Of a DNA stretch of 36,177 bases, positions 1-11,269 are shown in pieces. A program made the position numbers and the translations under genes. Location of the stretch: NCBI GenBank assembly GCA_002104905.1, contig MCFE01000787.1:1-36177 (forward strand). Reading direction: 5' to 3'. Each line of letters opens with the position of its first letter. The stretch's first letter is position 1. The notes beneath the pieces were generated by a model, which saw nothing but the letters and a program-made list of their open reading frames with translations, had not been told where the DNA came from and ran no database searches. This DNA comes from Basidiobolus meristosporus CBS 931.73 (Eukaryota; Fungi; Basidiobolomycota).

Positions 1-97
1 ACTATTTCAGTATTAGCATACTGGAAGTTGTTGTATATTGTTGATTAGCCTCTACATTGTAGAACAAGCCCCAAACTAATCATAATACAACACAACA

Positions 98-140
98 GTT
101 CCCCCAAGGTTACTTGCTGGGTTTGATATATCCTTGCTCC
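98..140 (-). pseudogene. Continuation of gypsy-B pol (RT N-terminus) on the far side of the CMC-1 insertion
   Basis: Joining 18967-19020 (minus) to 140-98 (minus), keeping one copy of the TSD, gives ...EEIKRQIDQL*EQGYIKPSK*PWG. This is the typical Ty3/gypsy segment just before the RT core, with two stop-creating substitutions. Confidence 0.8.
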
Positions 141-382
141 CCCTTTGAAAAATAATTTGGTCTTGCAGGTTGATCTGATCCAGATCAGCCATTAAGATCC
201 AGTTTAGAGACCATCATAACAACAGCAGCTTGGAATTAATGACCCTCCTAATGAACTTATGACAAGATCATGATGGTGTTTTGCTAATTTTACTACCAAA
301 TAAAGGGATGAAACTTGACAATATTTTTTGGTGCTGGGACAATATTTGCATGGTATTGTTGCAATCTTTCAGCACTCTATAA

Positions 383-3118
383 CTATTTTAAGTGGATCCA
401 GTTGGCCAGGATATCCAATTGCCTTATATGGCATGGAACTTGACGGTATTTTGACGGCCTCACCTCAAGATTCTGATGGCATTATATTGGCAGTATGATG
501 GCCTACTACTGGTTCTGTATAATGCTACCATACCAGTTTACCAAGTGGCATTTCCTTTTACTACCTCCCCTTGTGCAAATCATATATTCCACTGTAGAAT
601 CACCTTTCTTTATTTGCTTACCCACTACTACCTTGGGTATTCCACATACAGAACAAATCAAAAAAAACTATGGCCTCCTGCTTACTAACCTCTGCAAATG
701 TGCATACCTACTGCAATTGACATACTTCTATCACCTCAACTTTACGGCTTTTAGTGTGATACTTGCAAAGTTGCCATATACCTTGTACTGCTGGTTACAT
801 ATACATCTTGCAAGCATATGCTTGGTTGTTACCACTTCTGCCATGAATATGTCCTGAATATTGGCAAAGAACTTCTTGGTATTTAGCCAATATATTCCTT
901 CTCAGTGCTGGATTTTAGTACCCCTTATAGGTGCACTCTGGCATTTGTCTGTATGAATTTGGTATTGAATGGTGTCAAAGTTGGCTTGTGACCATGAGGT
1001 ATCTGGCATATCTTGGTGGAGTTTTCCTGATAAATATTAGTTGCTTGTTGCACCCAACCCAACTTTTCATTATATAACTGATTACCCACACATTGGGGCA
1101 GCTTATCTTCTTTATGCCATAGGCATAGGTGTCTCCATGTGCACATTTGTCCTCAGTATTTTCCAACTCTTTCTGGCTGTCCTCCATGTGCCAACTGATC
1201 ATACCCATGACGGACTTGAAGGTAATATTCTTGATGAGATTGGGATATGGTAGTACCTGCAACTTGACTTGTCTTCCTATCTCCCCACACATCCGCTCCA
1301 TAGGAAACTCCCAAAGGTGAAGCAAGGTCCAATATTCTCCACGCACCATGCAAGATGGAGTAGAGAATGGATACAGTAGTGGCAGAGATCTACGCATTCA
1401 GCTTTATGTTTGTAGTATAGCTGCTAAAATCCCATCACAAACTCCTCACACAACAGCTGTAGATGTGTCAAGTTGGGATTGGTGATCTGCTTCTGGGAAA
1501 ATATTCCTACAATGTCCCCATATGACTCCCAATGCTTTCAATGTACTCTTGGTAGCAACAGCATCAGAACACCACTTAAATAAATACATATCCAATTCAT
1601 CCAGACTTTGCATTTGTATTGTTGCATATGTGTACAAATACTAATTGGAGCCTGTGAGATGTACTTAGGGTAGCAGACACTCTGTCATATCTTGCCAATT
1701 CTTTCAAATTTCTCCAGTATCTTGAAGGGCTCATTTAGCTTAAAATGACCCATGTACAACTTGGTCATCAATATATGGATATTGTTGAAAAGCAAATGCA
1801 TTGCTCCCAGTGGAAAGCTTTTGCTCCTGCAGATACCCTCTATCTTAAGTATCTCCGGTTTCTGATTGATTCCATATTCCAGCCAATGGCTTATAGCTTG
1901 CCAACTTTGCTGCAATTGCATGCTTACTTCTGTATGTTCTCTCTGTGGAAAGATGATGTTCTTAATGCTAGTGTTTGGGTAATAGTAATGTGTGTGAGTT
2001 ATGGAGTAAATCCCCTGGATCTCTCACATTTGATAGCAATACCATCAATTGTGCCTGGAAAAACCTGCTATCTTGCTGATGGCTGGGGTATCTCTATAAA
2101 GTAGCCCTAGCTTCTTAGCTGTTTGTAATATTTGCCATCAAATATATTAGATGAGTTTGTGCTTGATTGATACTGAGTGCAGTACTGTATAGCTTTGCAA
2201 TATTTGTTGGACTGCATCAGCTCCCTCAGATAGGGTATGACCGGAAAATATCTGGAGTGTGAACAATGTTTTCCCTCAATGGTGGTGGATTCCTGACAGT
2301 TTGGACACATTGCAATGGCAGCATTTTTGGATGTGAATGCCATGCAACTGTTAGCACATGTTGGAATCAGGACAGTCTCTGGATCATATGTTGCCTGCTG
2401 CATGATGGTTGTCTACTTGTACCATGTACATGGTAAGTTGCATCCCAGTATGACTTTGGCAAGAAGTAGTAATAAATACTCAGAGCCCCCATTACTGATA
2501 TTAGTGCAACACACCACTTCTCTAGCCACAACATTACATCATTCACCAGTTGATGGATCACTGGGCTCACTTGGCTCCATAAAGCACCCTTGACATTTTT
2601 TTCAAGGAGTGTTGTCTCATTGCATACAGGGATTTGACCAGGCTTATACATGGAAGTATTGTTAGGGGAGATAGGCTCAAAATCTGTTAGTGAACCTTCT
2701 TTGTCAGAACTATCACTCTGTGTGCCATATTCAGAAGGCTGAGGTGGGCCTAAAGGTATCACAAACTCACCTGACTCAGTTTGTGCAAGGTGACAAAGAT
2801 GGCCAGGTGCTGATATAGAAGTATCAACTGGCTGGCAAGATGATGTTGGTACAGTAGCAACCAATGAATGGTCAAATATGACTTGGGGGGCAAAACACTT
2901 GCTATGATCCTTGTAATACTTCCTATGCTGTTTGCATGCTTCATGGATGAGAGGCTTGCCACAATAGCCACATGGTCTTTTTTCTCTTCTCTTATGGTGT
3001 TGAGTCAAAGTAGTCTTGTCCATGGGGCAAACAGTTTGACCTTCAATGACATAACACTATTATATCACTTTTTGGTCAATACTCATGTGAACTTAAGACA
3101 GACTAGTATTTGAGACAT
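383..3118 (-). pseudogene. CMC-1 transposase (Transposase_21/Tnp2-like), multiply disrupted, with an internal deletion
   Basis: Fragments RPCGYCGKPLIHEACKQH; YDPETVLIPTCANSCMAFT..CPNC; SFPLGAMHLLFNN; HLWEFPMERMCGEIG. Collinear with the CMC-2 and CMC-3 transposases. About 285 bp containing the ALDGF motif is missing near 2105. Start and end are approximate. Confidence 0.8.
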
Positions 3119-3295
3119 TGCACCTACATGAATATAAGATTCAATGATGACCAGCCATAGTAAGCATTATAAATAAATTTGTAGCACCACATACATATGT
3201 ATATGTAACACTATCCCTATGAGAAATTATTTAGATGATCCCATCAAAAGGCCATCACAAAGTTAATGTCCCATGACTAAGAGGTACTGATCTTG

Positions 3296-5611
3296 TCAGG
3301 ACACCATCCAGAGACCATTGAAAAATAATTGCACCCGGATTTCACAAAAAACCTTGTCAAAATTTTTCATCACAACAATGTATAAGTGGCTTTTGATTGG
3401 TTCCCTGCCAATTTGCTCACTTTCTGATCGCAGACACTCTATCATCTCCTTTGTTTGTGTGAATTGATTGGCTATTTCCTCTTCTTCACACTTCTTACTT
3501 CCTGACCCAACCATTTCACTTACTTTTCATGCATACCAATTGATTTATTTCCATTGAAACTTCAGTTGTATCTCAATTGCCAATTGTATTGACCTATACA
3601 AGTCTCTATACCCTACACTAGCTTTAAGCCCAACCCCACACTCAATAAGTAACTCCATTAAAATCCACCACTCAATAAGTATTTCTGCTGTAATGCTCTG
3701 GTTCCACAACTTTGGCAGGAACCCAACAGCTCTATGCCACTGTTCATTCACTGGTTCCCATGCATCCTGGTCTTCTGTTGGCACTGCAAGCTCTAGCTCC
3801 TCATCTGCCAGTCTTTGCAATAAATCCTTGCAATATTCTAGTCTGTCTTCTTAAGCACTGCTCTTGAAGAAGCTCTGTAACCTCTTGGTGTGCCTATTAA
3901 TGTTCCAAAATTCCACTGAAGGCATTGTGATAGTCTTCCAAGCTCTTGACATTGTAGCCTTATCTATCAGTGGGATCTCCACTCTGTCAACAATGGAGGC
4001 TGTGGAGGCTGTGGTAGATGAATTCCTTTTTCAGTAAACTCATTTACCTTGCTGGAGTGTAGCTCAACTGGCTGTGCTTCCAACTCTTATGAAAACAGCT
4101 GTTTTCTTGTTGGTAATTCTTCTTGGCTATGATGGGATTCAGTCTATTCCAGGCTTGCGGCATTAATTTGCAAGAACTGCAGTTTTTTTTGCTTGCCTCC
4201 CTGTCTCAGGCTTGGGGAGACATTTTTCCCTTTACCTTTACCTTTATCACTGCAAGGTCTTTCACTGCTACTTTGTCTGAGTGCATCTTGTAAAGAACTG
4301 CGTTTTCTCCTGGATAAATTCTGCTCTGACGCATCTGTTTTGGCCTGCTTGTCCCTTGCTGGCACTCTTATGGCAAGCTGACATTTCTTTTCAGCTTGTT
4401 TTGAGCTCTCAACCATAGTTGTGATGGGCTCCTGTAAAAGCAACTGGTCTTTATCACTGCCAGGTCCTTCACTGCTACTTTGACTTGGTGCTTCTTGAGT
4501 GGTACTACACTTTTTCCTTGATAAATGTTGTGCTGGTGTATCCATATCTGCCTGCTTGTCCCTAATTGGCACTCTTCCAGCTGCCTGACATCTCTTTGAT
4601 GCTTGTCTGGAGCTTTTGGCCCTGCTTGTAATGGGCTCTTGAGGAAGCCGCTGGTTTTTAGCCATGGCACCCTTGTTCTTCTGCCTTTGATAGTTTCTGC
4701 TATTCTTAAGATACTTTCTTAGCATACCAATGCTGGCCCAAAATCTGTTTGCCTGTTTGAATCCAGGATAATGCTCATGGAACAAGTCAAGTGCATTCTG
4801 CTTGGCCTTAGGTTTGTGATGGTCCCATGGTATGCCGGCCTTAAGGTAATGGCGTGCTAGACTTCTGACGGCCTCTTGTATATTGGCCCACTCTTCATTA
4901 TTGCACTCAACAGCTTACAGATCTTCAATGTCTTTTGATTTTGAGGCTTTGGTACAAACACCACATTGTCTCCCTTTCATGCTGTGATAGGTTTCTCTGT
5001 GGGCTTTATCTTTGGGTACTGTTGTTGTGCTTCAAAGACGGTACAGTGTTCCTCTGCTGTTACATTGGGAAATGGCTCAATTATTGGTGGTGACATTGAA
5101 CTGCTTGAGTTTCTTTTTTGCAGCAAAGATACTGCTTTCTCTACCTGGGATATTGATTGCTCTACATGTATTATCCGCTAATCCTGTTTCTGGACTACTT
5201 CCTGATATCTCTGGGCCATTGTATCTATCCTATCAGCCACTGCACCTAATTGCTTCATTAATGCTTTAGTATGAGCTGACAACATACTTGCTAATATGGA
5301 TGGTGGTGATTTTATCATGGCCACTTGCTGATCTTCAACTGAGGTTACTGCATTTGCTACATTCTCATCTGCCCTAGCATAATGGTCAGCTTGTGGCTCC
5401 ACAGTGGTTTGCAATTGCCAACTTGACTGAGAGCCTGAGGAGTCCGCATTATTACCTTCAATGGGCACACTGTCCACAGGGCCTTTTTTGGATATAGCCC
5501 TGCTTGTTGCACTGAATGTCAAACAAGCTGTTGTCCTACCATTCTTCTGTTGCCGTCAGCAGTGGGGTTTGGTTGAGAACCAGACAACTTTGCCTTATTT
5601 TCTGGTGGCAT
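3296..5611 (-). pseudogene. CMC-2 ORF2, uncharacterised accessory protein, decayed
   Basis: Successive minus-strand fragments (5178-5522, 4144-4785, 3545-3820, 3296-3514) are collinear with the plus-strand fragments of CMC-1 and CMC-3. They include the conserved block LDLFHEHYPGFKQANRFWASIGMLRKYLKNSRNY. The start ATG at 5611 is inferred from conservation of ATATATG in all three copies. Confidence 0.7.
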
Positions 5612-5738
5612 ATATATGGAAGTGAGTCAAACTAAAGGGGAAATAGTGCTACATATACGTGTGTATGTGGTGCCACAACTTTATTTATAATGCTTACTAT
5701 GGCTGGTCATCATTGAATCTTGCATTCCTGTAGGTGCA

Positions 5739-8700
5739 ATGTCTCAAATAGAAGACTGTCTTAAGTGCACATGAGTATTGGCCAGAAAGTGATATAATAG
5801 TGTTATGTTGTTGAAGGTCAAACTGTTTGCCCTATGGACAAGACTACTTTGACTCAACACCATAAGAGAAGGAAAAAAGACCATGTGGCTATTGTGGCAA
5901 GCCTCTCATCCATGAAGCATGCAAACAGCATAGGAAGTATTAGAAGGATCACAGCCAGTGTTTTGCCACCCAAGTCATATTTGACCATTCATTGGTCACT
6001 ACTGTACCAACATTATCTTGCTGGCCAGTTGATACTTCTATATCAGCACCTGGCCATCTTTGTCACCTTGCACAAACTGAGTCAGGTGAGTTTGTGATGC
6101 CTTTAGGCTCACCTCAGCCTTCTGAATATGGCATGTAGAGTGATAGCTCTGACAAAGAAGGTTCACTAATGGATTTTGAGCCTATCTCCCATAACAACAG
6201 TACCACATATGAGCCTGGTCAATTCCCTAGATGCAATGAAACAACACCTGTTGAAACAAATGCCAAGGATACTTTATGGTGCCAAGTGAGCCCAGTAATC
6301 CATCCACTGGTGAATGATGTAATGTTGTGGCTAGAGATGTGGTGTGTTTCCACTAATATCAGTAATGGGGGCTTGGAGGATTTATTACTACTTCTTGCCA
6401 AAATCATACCTGGAAGCAACTTACCATGCACATGAAACAAGTGAACAACCATCATGCGGCTGGTAATATATATCCAGAGACTGTCCTGATTCCAGTATGT
6501 GTTAACAGTTGCATGGCATTCACATCCAAAAATGCTACCATTGCAATGTGTCCAAATTGACAGGAATCCACCACCATTGAGGGAAAACATTGCTCACACT
6601 CTGGATACATTGCGGTCATGCCCTGTCTGAGAAAGCTGATGCAGTCCACAAATATTGCAAAGCTATACAGTACCGCACTCAGTATCAATCAAGCGCAAAC
6701 GTATCTTATATATTTGATGGCAAACATCACAAACAGCTAAGAAGCAAGGGATACTTGAAGGTATGTATGACCATGCCTTTGCTTTAGCACTTGATGGATT
6801 CTCATTAAACAAGTACTCTACAAGCAAATCCTGCTGGCTACTGATTCTCATCAATCTGAATCTGCCGCACATCTTGCAGTATCAGAGCAATAATCTGATG
6901 GTAGTCTCACTGGTATCTGGGCCTAAATCACTGTCCAACCTGGATAGCTACCTGTGTCCATTGCTGGATGAATTTTGTATGCTTTCCAGTGGGATAATGG
7001 TAAATAGCTGTCATGTAAAAGCACATATTATTATCTGCCTTGGAGATACCCCAGCCATCAGCAAGATAGCAGGTTTTTCCAGGCACAATTGATGGTAATG
7101 CTATCAAATGTGTGAGATCCAGGGGATTTACTCCATAACTCACACACATTATTATTACCCAAACACCAGCATTAAGAACATCATCTTTCCACAGAGAGAA
7201 CATACAGAAGTAAGCATGCAATTGCAGCAAAGTTGGCAAGCTATAAGCCATTGGCTGGAATATGGAATCAACCAGAAACTGGAGATACTTGAGATAGAGG
7301 GTATCTGCAGGAGCAAAAGCTTTCCACTGGGAGCAATGCATTTGCTTTTCAACAATATCCATATATTGATGACCAAGTTGTACATGGGGCATTTCAAGCT
7401 AAATGAGCCCTTTGAGATACCGGAGAACTTTGAAAATATTGGCAAGATATTACAGAGTATCTAAGATATTACAGAGTATCTGCTACCCTAAGTACTTCTC
7501 ATGGGCTCCAATTAATATTCATACGCATATGCTTGAATACAAATGCAAAGACTGGATGATCTGCATATGTATTTATTCAAGTGGTGTTCTAAAGCCATTC
7601 CTACCAAGAGTATATTGGAAGCATTGGGAGTCATATGTGGGCATTGTAGGAATATTTATTCAGAAATGGATCACCAATGCCAACTTGACGCATCTACAGC
7701 TGTTGTGTGAGGAGTTTGTGATGGGATCTGAGCGGCTATACTACAAACATAAAGCTGAATGTGCATTTCTCTGCCGCTACTGTATCCATTCTCTACTCCA
7801 TCTTGCATGGTGTGTGGAGAATATTGGGCCTTGCTTCACCTTTTGGGAGTTTCCTATGGAGCAGATGTGTGGGGAGATAGGAAGACAAGTCAAGTTGCAT
7901 GTACTACCATATCCCAATCTCATCAGGAATATTACCTTCAAGTCTGTCATGGATGTGATGAGTTGGCACATGGAGGACAGCCAGAAAGAGTTGGAAAATG
8001 CTGAGGACAAATGTGCACATGGAGACACCTATGCCTATGGCATTAAGAAGCTAAGCAGCCCCAATGCATGGGTAATCAGTTAAGTATTGCAAAGTTGGGT
8101 TGGGTACAACAAGCAACTCACTTTTATCAGGAAAACTCCACCAAAATATGCCGGATTTCTTGTGGTCACAAGCCAACTTTCACACCATTCAATATGGAAT
8201 TCACACAAACAAAAGCCAGAGCGCACCTATAAGGGGGACTAGAATCCAGCAGTGAGAAGGAATATATTGGCTAAATACTAAGAAGTTCTTTGCCAATATT
8301 CAGGAGGTATTCATGGCAGAAGTGGCAACAATCAAGCATATGTTTGCAAGATGTATATGCTACCAGCAGAACAAGGTATATGGCAACTTTGCAAGTATCA
8401 CACTAAAAAGCCGTAAAGTTGAGGTGATAGAAGTATGTCAGTTGTGGCAGGTGTGCAAGTTTGTAGAGGTTAGTAAGCAGGAGGCCATAGTTTTTTTTGA
8501 ATCAAACTATTTGTGGAATACCCAAGGTAGTAGTAGGTAAGCAAATAAAGAAAGGTTATTATACAGTGGAATATATCAATTGCACAACGGGAGGTAGAAA
8601 AGGGAAATACTATTTGGTAAATTGGTATGGTAGCATTATACAGAACCAGCAGCAGGCTGTCATACTGCCAAGAAAAAGCCATCAGAGTGTTGCTGTGAGG

Positions 8701-8775
8701 CCATCAAAATACCCCCAAGTTTCTTGCCATATAAGGTAATTGGAAGTCCAGGCAAATTCTATCCACTTAAAATAG
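5739..8775 (+). pseudogene. CMC-2 transposase (Transposase_21/Tnp2-like), the most complete copy
   Basis: Motifs FALALDGFSL..SCWLLILINLNLP..LVSGPKSLSNLDSYLCPLLDEF..CLGDTPAISKIAGF; FPLGAMHLLFNN; CRYCIHSLLHLAWCVENIGPCFTFWEFPMEQMCGEIG. These are characteristic of fungal CACTA/EnSpm-like transposases. Several stops and frameshifts. Ends approximate. Confidence 0.85.
7444..7481 (+). repeat. Perfect 19-bp tandem duplication (AAGATATTACAGAGTATCT x2) that frameshifts the CMC-2 transposase
   Basis: Units at 7444-7462 and 7463-7481. The homologous sites in CMC-1 (~1680-1700) and CMC-3 (~24065-24085) have a single unit. Confidence 0.9.
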
Positions 8776-9645
8776 TAATAGAGCGCTAAAAGACCGCAAA
8801 AATACCATGCAAATATTGTCACAGAACCAATCAAAAATTGTCAAGTTTTCTTCCTTTTTTTGGCTGTAAAATTTGCAAAACACCATCATGATCTTGTTGT
8901 AAGATTGTCAGGAGGGTCACTAATTGCAAGCTGCTGTTATTATGACGGTCTCTAAACGGGATCTTGACGGATGATCCAGATTGGATCCACCCACAGGACT
9001 AAATTATTGTTCATAAGGTATTTCCCCTTTGGTTTGACTCACTTCCATATATATGCCACCAAAAAATAAAGCAAAGCTGTCTGGTTCTCAACCAAATGCC
9101 ACCGCTGACAGCAACAAAGAATGGTCAGACAACAGCTTGCTTTGACATTCAGTCCAGCAAGTGGGGCTACATCCAAAAAAGTCCCTGTGGACAGTTAGCC
9201 CACTGAAGGTAATAATGCGGGCTCCTCAGGCTCTCAGTCAAGTTGGCAATTGCAAACCACTGTGGAGCCACAAGCTGACCATTATGCTAGGGCAGATGAG
9301 AATGTAGCAAATGCAGTAACCTCAGTTGAAGATCAGTAAGTGGCCATGATAAAATCACCCCCACCCATATTAGCAGGTATGTTGTCAGCTCATACCAAAG
9401 CATTAATGAAGCAATTAGGTGCAGTGGCTGATAGGATAGATGCAATGGCCTAGAGAAATCAGGAAATTGGCCAGAAACAGGATGAGTGGATAATATGTGT
9501 AGAGCAATCAATATCCCAGGTAGAGAAAGCAGTATCTTTGCTGCAAAGAAGGCACTTGAGCAGCTCAATGTCACCACCAATAATTGAGCCATTTCCCAAT
9601 GTAACAGTAGTGGAACACTGTACAGTCTGTGAAGCACAACAACAG

Positions 9646-10014
9646 TGAGAGTACTAAATGCAGTACCCACTCTTTGACCAAGAATTCTCCCCAGAGTCCT
9701 ACCCAAAGTCCACCAGTATCCTCCCTATGATTCCCCCATGCACCCTCCCTCCTATCCCTACACTTATCTAGTTAGTACACTTACCATCACAGGAAGGTGT
9801 TCACACCCCTATTTTATAACACATTGACTATTATCTAAGCCCCCCCAAGTGATATATATATGTACCCAATTGAACCAAGACAAGGGGATTGGACAAAATA
9901 AACACAAGTCTTTATTACCTAGCTACCTTCTATTGGAAGCTACTCTGAACCAAGTGGTACTAACTTGACCTACAAGCTCTCCCACTCACCAAGTACAGTC
10001 AGTAATAACCCACA
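9646..10014 (+). repeat. Gypsy-A 5' LTR (369 bp)
   Basis: TGAGAGTACTAAATGCAG...AATAACCCACA. Direct repeat of 16822-17191, with about 15 substitutions and 1 indel by manual count (~96% identity). Contains GATATATATA and AATAAA. Confidence 0.95.
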
Positions 10015-10018
10015 TATT

Positions 10019-10030
10019 TGGTGCCATCTC
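10019..10030 (+). other. Primer-binding site of gypsy-A, tRNA-His-like
   Basis: TGGTGCCATCTC begins 5 nt after the 5' LTR end. It is complementary to the 3' end ...GAGATGGCA-CCA of fungal (S. cerevisiae) tRNA-His(GUG) as I recall that sequence. Confidence 0.6.
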
Positions 10031-10055
10031 TGTGGAAATAAGCGCAAGTGAGGTG

Positions 10056-10900
10056 ATGACTACTACAATCAAACTAAAAACATACAAGGGAAAGAGAGAG
10101 AAAGCCCTTGAGTGGTTTGATAAGTTTGAGAAAGTTGCGGTTGATGCAGGATGGGACAACAATAAGAAAGTAAGGGAGTTTGCAAGACATATGGAAGGGT
10201 CAGCATGGTGATGGCATTATGGGTTGGAAGAGGCAGTTAAAGACAACTGGGATGCACTAGAAGAAGCCTACAAGACACGCTTTCTATATGCAGAAGGATA
10301 CCACTACAAAGCCCTTCTACTGTCCTCACGGAAGAAAAGCAGTGAGAGCTATGAAGCCTACACTGAACTGTTTCTCCAACAAGTTTGATGTCTCCCAAAG
10401 GATAAAATTGCCAAACAACAGCTCATGAGGTATAACATCATGGGCTTAGACAACAAAATAAGACAAAGGGCGTCCAAAGAACAACAGGGATGTAAAACGC
10501 TGCAAGAGTTGGTCAAACAAGTGCAAGGGGTCATCTTGCTATGGGGGCTACCCTCTAGTGATACAAATAATTGAAGGACAGGGATCCCCTGTAAGAAAGG
10601 AAAATTGCCTCCCCAAAAGACCGTGAGTTAGAAGAATTACGGCAAAAGGTCCAAGAACTCTCAATCAATAATGTCCAAGAAGTCCTCAAAGAAAGTGATA
10701 AACTCTGGGAAGCTGTTGTAGATCTAAAGACCCAGGTACAAGCCCTGACCCAACAGATGGAAGAACCGTGACAGCAGTATCTGTGTTATGTGTGTGGAGA
10801 AGTAGGTCACCGGGCCCACAAATGTGAAAAACAGTATGGACAAGAAGCCGTACCGGACACAAAAGAGAAGAAGGCATTGAAAGACAGAGTCCCTTGCCAG
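10056..10900 (+). pseudogene. Gypsy-A gag with CCHC zinc knuckle
   Basis: MTTTIKLKTYKGKREKALEWFDKFEKVAVDAGWD...NWDALEEAYKTRFL. Knuckle CYVCGEVGHRAHKC at ~10784-10825. Several in-frame stops. End approximate. Confidence 0.8.
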
Positions 10901-11269
10901 GAGGCCAACAGGACTCAGTCAATCTAAGCCCTCTGGTCAGGACAGTCAAAGTGTGGAAGAAGAAGCGTCAACATGATGCTTCTAGAGAGGAGACAAAGGA
11001 ACCAGTAGTAAAGGTTCTGTCAAAAGGAAAGAATGCGGAATTAAGTGAAGAAGTACGGAATGAGCCTTGGGAAGAAGTGTTTAAACAAACAAAGAACGCT
11101 AGCACGTCTTTCCATGGCCTATTCCCCATAATGAAGGTACTAGGGCAAACCAAGGCAACCCTCCCAATAACCAATTTACTAGGACTTGCCCTGGCTCTAG
11201 TTAAGGAACTGATAGAGGTATTGAAGGAGATAACAACCCTTCATGTTTACCAAATGGTCCTGCAAAGAC

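Larger units (their letters stand above)
3215..9018. mobile_element. CMC-2: full-length (5804 bp) CACTA/CMC element nested in CMC-1 in the opposite orientation
   Basis: TIRs CCCTATGAGAAATTATTT (3215) and AAATTATTGTTCATAAGG (ending 9018). TSD TAT at 3212-3214 and 9019-9021. The empty site (cacTATttcccc) is seen directly in CMC-2's own intergenic region (reverse complement of ~5637-5648). Confidence 0.92.

Noticed and set aside
1-97. Possible end of another LTR (...ATACAACACAACA at 97) cutting gypsy-B just after SPWG
   Set aside because: Gypsy-B similarity does fade here, but there is no partner end or TSD inside the window, so it cannot be supported.
476-2593. Many 60-150 aa ORFs antisense to the CMC transposases (also 6928-7392, 7155-7445, 23978-24569)
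   Set aside because: They are shadows of the transposase strand, recur only because the element is repeated, and show no recognisable motifs. CpG loss also changes stop-codon density.
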